DNA of 63,803 nucleotides, filler included, from Hausera hauseri (Eukaryota), in NCBI GenBank assembly GCA_046269625.1. It is 11 parts of 11 records of this genome, joined end to end, with 100 filler letters (N's around TTAATTAATTAA, not from the genome) between each part and the next. Parts side by side here need not be neighbours in the genome. Positions count along the whole stretch, not along the records: positions 47,230 to 51,400 come from JBJURY010722325.1; positions 51,501 to 57,606 come from JBJURY010140094.1; positions 57,707 to 63,803 come from JBJURY010140982.1; 8 more parts are not named here. One strand, 5' to 3'. A program made the position numbers and the translations under genes. Numbering within the stretch: the first letter of the stretch is position 1; the number at the start of each line of letters is the position of its first letter. Of the stretch, positions 48,361-61,220 are shown in pieces. Under the pieces are notes generated by a model. That model did no database searches. It had not been told where the DNA came from and saw only the letters and a list, made by a program, of their open reading frames with translations.

Positions 48361-51300
48361 GAAACAAAGAATGGACCCCGTTAACACCTTAAAGTCGTAT
48401 AAGGGAAGATGATGTTTCCAGTGACCAACGACCCGTAATTATGTATGTTGTGAGCATAACGCCAGGCCGCCTTTACTTTCCAAGATAATTTCTCCGGTAT
48501 ACGTTTTCTTAGACTGGATTGACTTCTGGGGTAAAAAAAAAAAAAAATTAATTCAACCTGACACATCTGGATTTGAAACCATACCGTTCGATCGAACTTC
48601 TAGGCTGTCTCTCTATGCCAAGATGCCATTTTTCACAGAAGTAGATCTCAACAGAACGCCTTGATAGTTCGAATATGTAACTATAATTGTACCTTCATTC
48701 TTCAGATTTTTGTCTTCTGTGGGGTTTCCATTCATGACTGTGACTAAGAAATGCTTGTAGCAGATCCCCCGGCATAGAAGCCATTTCAATGCAGTGGCAT
48801 TACAACGTTCGCAAGGATGTAAGGCAAAATAACTTATAAAAAAATAGTTTGCTCCTAAAGTTCCTGGAGTTGGTCGATATACTGAAGAAAAATCACTGTT
48901 CAGTAGAACAGCAGACAACTATGAAACCATATGACAAGAATAAAAAGACCATTATCAATTGACACACATCATCAACATTTATATAACGTTTATTTTCCTC
49001 ATTTTCATTTGTCTATGCTTGCTTGTGTTTCCTTACACTGTTTCATGATCACTCATCTCAGTTCTTCATTCTCTCTTCTCTTTCTTTCTGTCTCTTTCGG
49101 TGTATGTCCCAAAATGTTTACTAAATCTGATGTTATTCTTCATTACCATTCAGTTCCGAAACATCGACTTCAATACTCATTTACGTATAACTAATTTTCA
49201 GTAGTCACTTTCAAATTTTAATTCACCTTTTTTCGAGTGCATAAAATTGTTTGAACATTTCGATATTTAATTTGCTTAGTTTTTTCACGAGATGTTAGTT
49301 TCTACCTTTTTTGTTAACAAATCGATGTCAATGGGGATTTTATTTTTTTACTAACCAATATGCAATAAGCGGTCTGTGTGACTAGAAAGTGTTTTGACTA
49401 AGTGGGAATTGGTCATATATGCTTATGTATATAATCTTAAATGATATTTTCTTTCAGTGTTCTACTACCGAGTCTATATGTGCGTGCTAGTGCCTCGTGT
49501 GAGATTTATACAATATATGAATAATCTTATTTAATTGGCCAAAAAAAAACATTTTAAATATACAATAAAATTTTTGAACACGTTTGAATTTAATTTGTGT
49601 TTACAATTTGCTGCGCCATTTTTTACTATTTTATTCGACATTTTGAATCCAGTCAGTAAAGAAGACTTTGCTCGGCAAAGTCGGAGGATCGAAATCCTTG
49701 AGTTCATCCGCTTTGTTTTCCATCATAATTGAAATAAGTCCAAAGAGTTTTTAAAGTGTTTATTTATCCATTATTTAAACAAATTAAAATAAATAATAAT
49801 TTGCTTATTATTTATTTTTGCTACTCCTTTACTAAAATAGTTCAAATTATGGATCCGTATCGCTTTTGTTATACATTCACAAGCCAAACAAGTGTTCAAT
49901 CAAATTATTCAGCCCTTACTCGGGATAACATTGAAAATTATGTCCTTCTGGTATTTAGTCATTCCGAGGATGACATTTTAAACGATAGCTTAACATTGGA
50001 AAATATTTAAAACTTGAGAACAAATGAAATTGAAAACCATGAGAATTGACTCGATGGATATCATAAAATAAAAGTAGAAACGTTTTGCTGCTCAAATACA
50101 ACAGTGTTGTCATTTATATATGTTATGTGAAAAAGTACAAAACATTAACTCTACATTGGTTGCGTAATAATCAAAAAGTTGGATTCCTGGAGGCAACAGT
50201 CTAAAAAAGAATTAGATAGCAGTTTTGCAAGTTCTACAGGTTCTCAACTACAAAGGTTTTAATCTTATTAATGATATAAAAACAGTATTTAAAAAGATAA
50301 TATTATGCAATTTGGAGTTCTAAATGTTGCGTCATTCTGCACTTCTTCAATTTTCCATGTAACATGCACAAGAATTTTTTGAATTATGAAAATTGTTATC
50401 AATATTTGACTTATTGTGTTTACCTGATGTTTTGTCGACCTAATAAATATCCATGTAATATTTGACTCATAACATGTTATCGTTCACGTATGTAAAGTTA
50501 ATATTTATATAGAAGGAAGAAATATTAGTAATGTAGCTGATAATTATACGAATACATTGTACTTTGACATAACAAGACCGACAACCTGGAAATTCGACCT
50601 TAACAAAATATTGATTGAAAAAAGAAACAAACGCTTTTTTCAGAATTTCTTTGAATGTTTGGGAGAAAATGGAAGATATGCAAAATGATGTAAAGTTTAG
50701 AAGCCCATATTACACAATCTTAACTTTGCAAAAATATTTTCATATTATTAATCAGTATAAAATATTACACTCGTAGAACANNNNNNNNNNNNNNNNNNNN
50801 NNNNNNNNNNNNNNNNNNNNNNNNNNNNNNNNNNNNNNNNNNNNNNNNNNNNNNNNNNNNNNNNNNNNNNNNNNNNNNNNNNNNNNNNNNNNNNNNNNNN
50901 NNNNNNNNNNNNNNNNNNNNNNNNNNNNNNNNNNNNNNNNNNNNNNNNNNNTCCTTCTTCCCTTCCTAATATCTATACAGTAACCAAATCAGCAGGTATT
51001 GAAGCAAGTATCAGTGGTGATGAGCGTGATTCATAATACACATTCTGAGCATAACGTAATGGAACTGTAGAGCACACACTATCTTCAGGGTTTGATTAAA
51101 AATAGTTAAAAGAAATTGTTTGGTATGAATTCTCAAAGTAATATGTTTACTGCATTACTGTGTCAGGTTGCCAGAGGTAAGAGCAAACGTAGGATTGTGC
51201 AAAGATGAAAAATACTTTAGAACACGCAATCTACAATATTGCTGCCAGAAATCAAGGTCACTGGGCTGTCTAGCAATTTTCCACAAGGTAAGGTAGATAA

Positions 51301-51500
51301 AGTCACAGACAAGCTGTCAGTTATTGTCAAGGGAATGAAATACAGAATTAATACAATCCCATTCATCGTAGACAAGAACACTTTCGTCGTAGTATCACAT
51401 NNNNNNNNNNNNNNNNNNNNNNNNNNNNNNNNNNNNNNNNNNNNTTAATTAATTAANNNNNNNNNNNNNNNNNNNNNNNNNNNNNNNNNNNNNNNNNNNN

Positions 51501-51742
51501 CCTTGATGTGCTCTATCGATTAGCACTTTGTCCCGATCGATTCGATCAATACTGCACTGTGCAGCGATCGATAAGTGGAAAGTGCAAAAGTGCCCTTAGC
51601 AACGGTGTCTAGCGGCACCGCTGCTAGGCACTTTATGGATCGATAGTGCACAGTGTGCATTATCAATCGGCACATGTGCAAATTCGATTTATCGATTACG
51701 CCCCCCACCAGGGTGGGCCAGAACCTCTATTTTCTCACTACT
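51501..51742 (-). repeat. Polinton terminus (5'-AGTAGT) inserted into a pPolB copy
   Basis: The plus strand ends ...CTCACTACT at 51742, exactly where pPolB homology begins; the interior matches 27434-27546, upstream of the contig-4 pPolB. Confidence 0.75.
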
Positions 51743-53055
51743 TATTGGTATGCCGTTATGCTTCTATGTTGAGGACTTGCAGTGAAGCTGTGATCTGGAC
51801 GCAGGATCGCTTCAAAATCGCAATAGACAACTATTGGGACCTTGAGATTCTTCTCAAACTCCTTGAATTCAGTATAGTCCTCCTTGGGAAATTCTGGACT
51901 AATACAGTAATTGTTGCTGCAGTAGATCTTGTGCTCTGCAATCTTGTGCACTACAGTATCACCAACAAAATGAGACACGCATCGCTTACCTATCGCAATT
52001 TTTCCATGATGATTCGCAATTTGGGATCTTACTAGCCGTTAAAAATTCCTTATCCAAACATAATGTTTTTTTTCGCCATCATCTAGTGGGAGCACATCCT
52101 TATGATCTTCCAATTATTTATCATACATCTGCAGGGGATAGAATTTATCTTTCTCATATAATCCAAAGATATTGGTTGATATGTTGTTGATTCGATTGAA
52201 CTTCTTAATTTCATCTTAGGATGGAGGGAATGTGATACATTGGAAGCCGTAGTTATGCTGCACATCCTTATATTGCCAAACTCGTGAGGCATTATGTTGA
52301 TACCGTACGAGTTCTGATAGAATGACATATATGAAACACATGTTGTCATCATTAAGGACATTGATGCATGCCTTTTTCCTTACGATCCATTCCGGAAGCT
52401 GAATATAGGAACTGCCCCACATTGAAGAGTACTTGTGCATGTGCACATGCAATATTTTTACTGTTGCTAGAGATCAGCCGCTCTTCTCCTGGGTCTCCTC
52501 GGCTTCATGGATCAGCTTCCTATGTTCATCATGCAGCCATTATAAAATATTTGTGTTATCCAATATTGACCTATTTTTGGTCTTGAAGGCCGTATTGGAT
52601 TCTTCGCCATCAACATTAATGTATGTAGCCTCCAGTTTCATATTCACTTTAAGGGCTTCGGTTTCACCCATTTTTTCCTGGAGAATTCCCTCTGTTTCTT
52701 CTTTTGTATATTCCAGGAACTCACGGAGCGTTGTTTGTCCAGCTGCATCAATAACATAGCTGCGGACTTTTTTCTTTAATTCTGCAGGATCAACTGGCCG
52801 CTGCCTTTGGCTTTTTGGTGGAGCCGCTGCGCCTGATGTAGCTGCGCATGATGTTGCTGCGCGGTTCAATTCTCTAATATGCTTCACAGCTGCTGAAGTA
52901 GCCCCCGCAGCATACTGTGAAGCAGAATACTGTGAAGCATCATATTGCGAAGCAGATGCATTAAGATTATGTTGCGCATTGAAGATAGTCTTCTTGGACT
53001 TTGATGCGGAGTGACTCAAATGATGTTTGTGATCATAATAGAACTGTATGTAATA
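51743..53055 (-). pseudogene. N-terminal part of a pPolB polyprotein, same family as 22922-26558
   Basis: EFLEYT.EETEGILQ, NMKLEATY.NVDGE, SSYIQLPEWI..KKACINV.NDDN.CF, VVYCDFEAILRP. Confidence 0.88.
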
Positions 53056-53861
53056 TGTGTTGCGCCTAAAACAAGTGGATTTCCAAACACGGATCTTTAA
53101 CGACATTGTATAAAATAAATTTCATAAATACATAATTAAATATTTACAACTTCAGTAAATCCTTAATTCCTAATTTTATTTTTATAAAGACACGGCAAAC
53201 AGTAATAATGTGTGGGGGAAACAGGGTAAGAACCGTAATTACATAAAATAACGTGGCGGTTTTAAAAGAAAAAAAATAAAGAGAATTTTTTTTGTTTAAA
53301 TAAACAGTTTTTTGGCTGCTTCAACAACTTAAAAAGTTTGACTTTTGACATGCTGTTAAACCTTTTTATCCGAACATTTTTTATCCTCATCGTATTAATC
53401 GACACGGGACTGCCGAAGGAGAACGAGCATCATCTGATCGGAAACGAGCACTCTCAGAGTATTCAGAACTGCAAAAAAGACGATAACCCCGACTATCGAT
53501 GCGATTTCGGTCATGACTACTGCGTCCACAGCGAAACAATTAAATACCAAAAACGCAATAATGGTGTCAGGAACATGATTTCAACCCACGCCAGGAGCCG
53601 AATGTCACTGATCCCGAACATCCTGAAGACGATCAAGGTAATACTCTGTTTCCCCACCATTTTCTGTTTGCCAATGATTTCTGTAGAATACTTTAGTATT
53701 TTAAATCTAAACTACCAGTACTGTACATTTGTCATAATTTTAATAGCCAGAACATTTATTTATTTCTATTTTTATTTACAAAATACGTCAGTAAATATTC
53801 TTTTTGTAGCATATATATTTTCAATTGTAGAACTAATAAAAAAAATACTTCAACCTTTTTT

Positions 53862-56800
53862 ATGTACAATGTCAGCGAGTATGTCGTCTATGAAATTGCA
53901 CTAAGGATTCACAAACCAAATAAAAGTATCAAAACCCCTAAATCACGAAGAGATAAGTTCACCATCCTCTGCAAGACTAACGAACAAATCTATTCCCTAC
54001 AAATTCTTAAAAGCAAACGAACTCGATATTTGCACAAGGCTATAGCCCAAAAGTTAAACGTTAATAGGCAACAATTTTACCTCCATTTAAATGGCCTGGT
54101 AGTCCCCTCTAATAATAAACTTCTTTCCGGCTGTACAATTTTCAGATTAACAGGTATCTTATCAGTGTCTTTTTGAGTACGTGGCGGCACAAACCCTTCA
54201 GATCAGTCGACAATTTACACGTCCCCAAAGTTAACACAAGACAAATAAATAAATACCTTTCCAGCAGCGACAGCTTTTCATACACTTACGCGTGCCCCAT
54301 TCTCTCTAGATAGTCAAAACTCCGCAGCGATCTGGCTCGAATTCCATAACAATTAGTTCGCTGCGAACCTCATAAAAGACAAAACAATGCGAGCAAACTC
54401 ACTCTTCACACTCCTACCCCCAAAATAATTACAACGAATCCCCAACTTAGTTGACATTTTAAAACAAGTAGACCCTTACGACACACTAGTCAAGACTATT
54501 CGTTCCCTTACCGAACCATCAGTAGACGAATTAATTAAAAAATACTTGAATCAAACAGCAATAGGTAGCCAGCGCCCTTCACAGTTCTTGCAAACTGCGG
54601 CTACTCAGCTTGAACAATTAGGCGTATTCAGAACGACAAATACGGCACTTTTCAGACGATATTTCATAAACAGTCTACCACCACAATTTCAGATATTCTT
54701 AGTAGTCGTTGACGAAACATACCCCCTCAAAAAATTAGCCAAAATCTCTGATAAGGCTTATGACTTAATAGGCGCACAAACGCCAGTAATCTCTGCCGCT
54801 ACAACGAATAATAGTTCAGAAATTGATGAGCTACTTCAATCGAATAAACTATTGCAAGAGAGTATACTAGCAGTAACCAAAAAATAGATGCGCTGATATT
54901 AAATAATTCTCCCGCCAGACGAAATAATAAGAATCTTTCACGCATAAGGAGACGTTCACAGTCAGTCGAAAGATCGCTCATATGCTTTTATCATAGGTGC
55001 TTTAGACAATCAGCTCAAAAATGTAATATAGGATGCAGGTTTTACAACCCAGCTGTCCACAAAGAGGCAACACCGTGTATCTACCACGCAAAGTATAGTC
55101 ACGAAGCTGAACACTGCGTTTCAGGATGTACATAAATTCCTCCACGACCAAATTCACCTTTAAACTAATCAGGCCACCAAAGGCAGCGGTCGACTCTGGC
55201 AAAGGACTAACCGTCCCCTATACCGCTTCATCAAATTATGCAGTATTTTTATTACCAGCAGTTTTACAAAATAATCTTCAGTCAACACTAAATTTCCTCA
55301 TAGATACTGGTTCCGCACTATCGCTCCTTCCAATGCAATACGCTGTTTCCAATCATGTAGCTAACCCCCAATCTCTTTACGCTGCTAATGGCACACCGCT
55401 AAAAACGGCAGGTTACAGAAATCTCACTTTAACTTTTGACGGATTTCCAGAACCATTTACCTGGTGCTTTTCTGTCGCTGATGTAACTTTTCCAATTATA
55501 GGTTCAGATTTTCTCGCAAACTTCGAACTCCTCGTCGATTGTAAAAATAAACGTATCTCCCCGATTAATATGGATACTCATTCAAGAAAAACTATAGCCG
55601 CGATAACAGAGATAAAAAATTTATTTTTTTTACCAAAAAATATAAACACGACAAATAACAAAACTCGTAACCAAATGGAAAAAAGCACAATAAACAATGC
55701 AGTTGTGTCCAACTCAATCCCGGCTAAGCTTACCGATTACATAAAACTTCATTGCCAAAATACGATAAAGAAAAACAAATCCCTACGCCAAACTGCCCTG
55801 AACACCACGTCGTAACATCTCACAACAGACCTATCCGCCAACGAATGAGACCTTTATCGCCAAGGAGACGCCGGGCGGCGGAAATGGAATTTAACTAACT
55901 CGAAAAAGACGGTATAATCAGAAGGTCCAAATCTCCATGGGCGTTACCGTTGACATTGTCAATAAAAGAAATGGAACAATTTGCCCGTGTAGTGATTACA
56001 GAATGTTGAACACGGCAACAGTCCCAGACGCGTATCCGTTACCACCAGTATCAGATATTTTTCAAAGATTATCAGGGTCAAAAATTTTCTCAACAATAGA
56101 CCTCAAAAAGCTTATCATCAAATCCCAGTCGCCAGTAATGATATTCCCAAAACAGTAGTGATTACACCCTTCGGACTGTTTGAACATCTTTTCATGGCTT
56201 TTGGCCTTAGAAACGCAGCACAAACGTTTCAGAGCCAAATCGATGTCGTTTTATCTGGTCTGCAATTTGCATACCCATATATTGACGATATATTGGTCGC
56301 GTCCCCTAACGAAAACGACCACGAACAGCATTTAAAACTCGTCCTAAAAAGTCTCAATGCCTATAACTTTTAAGTCAATTGGGAGAAATATACATTCTCC
56401 GCATCTTCAGTGAAATTCTTAGGACACTTAATTTCCGCAATGGTCATTCACCCCTTCCAGATCGTTTAACGCAAATTAAAAATGTCCCATTACCTACGAC
56501 AATGACGGAACTCCGAAGGTTCTTAGGAGCACTTCACTTTGTACACAGATGCATCCCGAATTTCTCAGCGTTAACCGCAAATCTGTCGATTTTAAGCGCA
56601 GGAAAGAAGAGAGCAACACTAAAATGGATCGAAGCACTAAAAACAGATTTCCGAGAACTAAAAGAGAAATTACAGGCAGTAGAACTGCTAGCCTTTCCGG
56701 TTCTAAGCGCAAAATTATTTCTCACTACTGATGCATCAGCAGTCGCAGCAGGCGCTGTGCTTCACCAAGAAGTTAATGGTCGAACCGAACCTCTGGAATT

Positions 56801-57606
56801 CTTCTCCAAAAAGTTTCCTGAAGTTGAGCGTAGGTATTCCACGTTCGATCGCGAATTATTAGCAGTAGTCAATGCGATTAAACATTTTAAGCATATTTTG
56901 CAGGCTCGAACATTTACTTTGCAGACCGATCATAAACCTCTTCTGTACATGCTCAACATGAAACAACCTTCGCTCAGGCAAGAACGCCAAATTTCTTACT
57001 TGTCGACTTTTCATTTTGACATCGTGCACATCCCGGGAGCGCAAAACATTCTCGCAGACTTCTTATCACGTCCCGTAGCTTCATTGACTTTTTCTTCAAT
57101 AATTACGGCAGACGAACTTCGAGAAAGGCAGCCCTCACAGGAGGATTTAGGCCATTTCAAGCACGTCAATCTACTAGACGGCATATATTGTGATACCTCA
57201 ACCCACGGTAAGAAAAGACAAATACTGCACGATTCGTTTCGAAAAAGGGCATTCGATCACGTGCACCGACTACACCACCCAGGAGCAAAAAACACCTATA
57301 ATCTCCTACACAACCAGGTGGTCTGGCCTTTTATGCGAAAGGATGTCCAGGATTGGGTCGCTCAATGCGTAGCGTGCCAAAAATTTAAAGTAAACAAAAA
57401 TATCAAGCCACCAAACTTCTATTTCCCCTGTACCTCGCGGTTTGAAACCGTACACTTGGACATAGTCGGCCCGTTACCACCAGCCCAAGGACATCAGTAC
57501 TTACTGACGATGATGGATCGATCCACTCGATGGCCCGAAGTAGTTCCCCTAAGACGCACAGACGCAGAGACGGTAGCCAACGCTTTCGTGAATACTTGGT
57601 TAACCC
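53862..57606 (+). mobile_element. Decayed CsRn1-like Ty3/gypsy element (UBL-gag-protease-RT-RNase H-integrase), cut by the gap
   Basis: Gag QRPSQFL; knuckle CFYHRCF..SAQKC..GC; FLIDTGS; YIDDIL; TDAS / YSTFDRELLA / TDHKPL; integrase H..HHPG...CVACQ and HLDIVGPLP. Confidence 0.94.
53958..54188 (+). pseudogene. Ubiquitin-like domain in frame with Gag
   Basis: FTILCKTNEQIYSLQILKSKRTRYLHKAIAQKLNVNRQQFYLHLNGLVVPSNNKLLSGCTIFRLTGILSVSF*VRGG. The TGA at 54174 sits where Arg (CGA) is expected; same frame as gag ORF 54546. Confidence 0.78.
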
Positions 57607-57836
57607 NNNNNNNNNNNNNNNNNNNNNNNNNNNNNNNNNNNNNNNNNNNNTTAATTAATTAANNNNNNNNNNNNNNNNNNNNNNNNNNNNNNNNNNNNNN
57701 NNNNNNCTGTTCAAAGATGGATTTACTTGAAATATCAAATTTACAATGGTGTCAGGATTTAATGAAGTTTCTAAATGCAAACAGTGAATTGGAAATTTTT
57801 TGTACATACTTCGATCAATCAGGATATGAAAGACTT

Positions 57837-60524
57837 ACTGCCGTTACGACACCTTTTGGCTTTTGCGAATACATTTTTATGCCTTTTGGTTTACGCAACG
57901 CTGCACAGACTTTCCAACGTCAGATCGATTCCATCCTCTCGGATTTCACTTTCGCGCATTCATATATCGACGATATCTTGATTGCTTCGTCTTCAACTAA
58001 ACAGCATGAGGAACACCTTAGTTCCATTTTCGAACGACCTAACCACCATAATTTACGAATAAATTTTACCAAATGTCACTTCTTCCAAAAACGTATTAAC
58101 TTTCATGGTCACATCATTTCAGCAAATTGTCATTCTCCCCAGCCAGAACGTGTTGAAGCTCTCAAAAGCATACAACTGCCTAGAACCACCACAGAAATGA
58201 GGTGTTTCTTGGGAACTTTACATTTCGTTCACAAATATGTCCCATACTGTTCGGAACTCACGGCACCTTTCGCACATTTAAGCAGTTAAGAAAAACATCA
58301 ACCTATCCAATGGACACCCGATTTGCTTGATAAATTAGACAAAGTATAAGAAGGTCTCAAAACCGTAGAAATTCTGGCATTTCCTAAGCCGGACGCTGAA
58401 CTTATTCTTACCAGAGACGCCTCAACCATAGCGGTAGGCGCGCTGTTACATCAGTTATACAAAGGCAAAAACCAACCACTCAAATTATTTCTAGAAAATT
58501 AACACCACCAGAAAGTAAGTATTCTATATTCGATCGAGAGCTACTAGCGATAGTTTTGGCCTTAAAACATTTTTGTCACTTACCCACAGCTCGCAGTTTT
58601 GTTATCCAAACTGATCATAAACCTTTAGTCAATATTATGTCTATGAAACACCCGTCTGTACGTCAAGAGCGACAAATATCATATCTGTCGACATTCAATT
58701 TCGACATAAAACATATTAACGGTGTTAATAATTTGGTTGCCAATTTCTTATGTAGGACGGTTGGTTTTATTAATTTTTCACCAATCTTCTCTCGTGTACA
58801 ACTTCAACAGAACCAGCCACCTAAGTACATGCTTAATTCTTTTAAGTCTTACACCATTGTTGATGGCGTGGCTTTAGACTCTTCAAAACCAGGTCATTCC
58901 GTAATAATTCTCGCACTGCCTTTACAAGGGCAAGCGTTTAACAATGTACACTCACTGCACCATCCTGGCGCTAAGACAACTTTTCGTTTACTCCACCGGC
59001 AAGTTATATGGCTGACTATGCGTTCTGATGTATAAGCGTGGATTAAGGCGTGCATGGCTTGCCAAAAATTTAAAATCACCAAACATTTGAAGCCACCACT
59101 TTATCATTTCCATTGCACATCACGTTTCGAGTCTGTTCACATTGATCTTGTTGGCCCTCTTCCTCCTGACAATGGTCATTAGTTTATCTTGACCATGATG
59201 GATCGTTCCTCACGTTGGCCAGAAGCTGTCTCACTATGGAGCACTAACATGGACAATATAGCTGACCTTTTTGTATGCACTTAAATCAGCAGATTTGGAT
59301 CCCCTAGATTCATTATTGCGGACCAAGGTACTCAGTTTGAGTTCAATTTGTTTAAATCTCTCGTTAACCGATTAGGAATTAGCTATACACACATCACCCT
59401 ATCACCCCCAATCGAATGGTCTTCTTGAGAGATTCCATAGAACACTAAAAACATCACTGAGAATCCTCGCAGAATCCAATAGTAGTTGGACTACTCTTCT
59501 TCCGTTGGTTCATCTGAGTTGGCGTAACACCCTTTCTACTTCTACTGCTTGTTCACCTACGGACGCCCTCTTCGGAACACTTGTACTCTCATTATTTGAG
59601 TTCACTGCCTCGGAAGATACACCTACGGACGAAGCTATACGAACGGCACAGGACCATTTTGTCTCAGTTAGTAAAAATTTCTTCTGCAGGATCTTAAATA
59701 ACAATAAAACGTACTTACACGACGATTTATATTCGGCAAAGTTCGTCTGGCTAAAAAACCAGACGCCGTGCGGTTTTCAACCACGGTATTTGGGTCCTTA
59801 CAAACTCATTCAGTTGCATTCTCACAATGCCATTATTTCCAAAGATGGCAAGGAACTAGCGGTGCATATCAACAACGTCAAGCCCGCCTTTTTTGTAGGT
59901 GATATCCTTCAAATTGAAACTTCCAACCTCTTACTGACTCCTCCTCCTTTTCTTCGTCAAATTCTTCCACCATCTGCACACTTTCCCACGCCGACTCCTA
60001 CTTTTACTCCTTTACCAGAAACTGCTCCAAACTCCTTTTCTCCCAGCCTTCCAACCTTTCCTTCCTTTTCTCCTATATCCCCTTCCCCGGCTACCCTTTT
60101 ACTCCCGAACAACACAACACCTTCAACGACTAAATACGACATTGTTCTACCTCCATTACCTCCACAACCAGATTCGAAGACATCGAAATAACGCAAATCA
60201 GTCACATTCAGTACTTACAGTTAAGTGCTAAATACTGAAGGAATACAACGTCTCGTACATACGAAGACCACATAGTTAGTCTACACTGTTACATTTAGCG
60301 TTCGTTCCGTATTTCCTTTTGTCTTTATAGTTCACACCTTGCCACGGGGGGTGATGTTGTGCTCAACAAGGTCATACTTCCTTATTTATTTTATTTTCTT
60401 TTACCTGTAAATACAATTTTATTGTTTCCCTTTTCATTGTTACTTCTTTTGCATTTGCCGACAAATTGGTGTGCTTTTGGTGTTTTATCTCGTCGTGCCG
60501 GAACATCTCATTAGGACTACAACA
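57837..60524 (+). mobile_element. 5'-truncated CsRn1-like gypsy copy A (RT 3' half, RNase H, integrase, PPT, 3' LTR)
   Basis: TAVTTPFG...YIDDIL, TDHKPL, HHPG, DQGTQF, NGLLERFHRTLK, GPY motif, Pro-rich tail. Confidence 0.92.
60355..60524 (+). repeat. 3' LTR (170 bp) of copy A
   Basis: PPT GGGGGG at 60346-60351, then TGTTGT...ACAACA; homologous to 63683-63803. Confidence 0.82.
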
Positions 60525-61220
60525 AACCAACTAATCAATGAGTGCATTCGAAAACCAGTAAAAGAATGTTTACTTCAATTGCACAAGTCAGCGGTCTTAC
60601 CGAAACTATTTTTAAACTATCGCCAGTGAAGAAATTTAAAATTCAATGACAATAATGACGATCTTATTTCCGCAAACGATCGCGTTTACGGTCGGAAACA
60701 TATTATTAATCTCTGCCCAAAATAAAGAAGTTACAATAAATTTAACTGTTACGTTTGGAAATGGCTACATGATGGTACTCCCAATTGTCAAGATGAAATA
60801 TTGTTTATTTATATTGTTCTGCAAAAATAAAGATATTCTTCGAATTTTCAGGGCTCGTCATTGCGAAATTCTCAGGCTGATGTCTTACGACTAGCTACCA
60901 TTTTACTCGGCAGAATGCCGTGGTTACACTGTGAAAGACTTTGAATTGATATGTGCTGTATATAAATATATATATACGTGTATGTTTATACTTTTATGAC
61001 CTGCATAGAAATAACGATTTACCATTGAAAATTGATTTTTTTTGAATTTGAACTAAAAGAATAGAATCAGTTGTTAAATTTCCGTTGTTTCTGTTCAAAG
61101 ATGGATTTACTTGAAATATCAAATTTACAATGGTGTCAGGATTTAATGAAGTTTCTAAATGCAAACAATGAATTGGAAATTTTTTTGTACATACTTCGAT
61201 CAATCAGGATATGAAAGACT

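Noticed and set aside
48613-51400. Short or broken reading frames at 48613-48918, 49756-50780 and 50952-51400
   Set aside because: No recognisable motifs; too decayed to assign.
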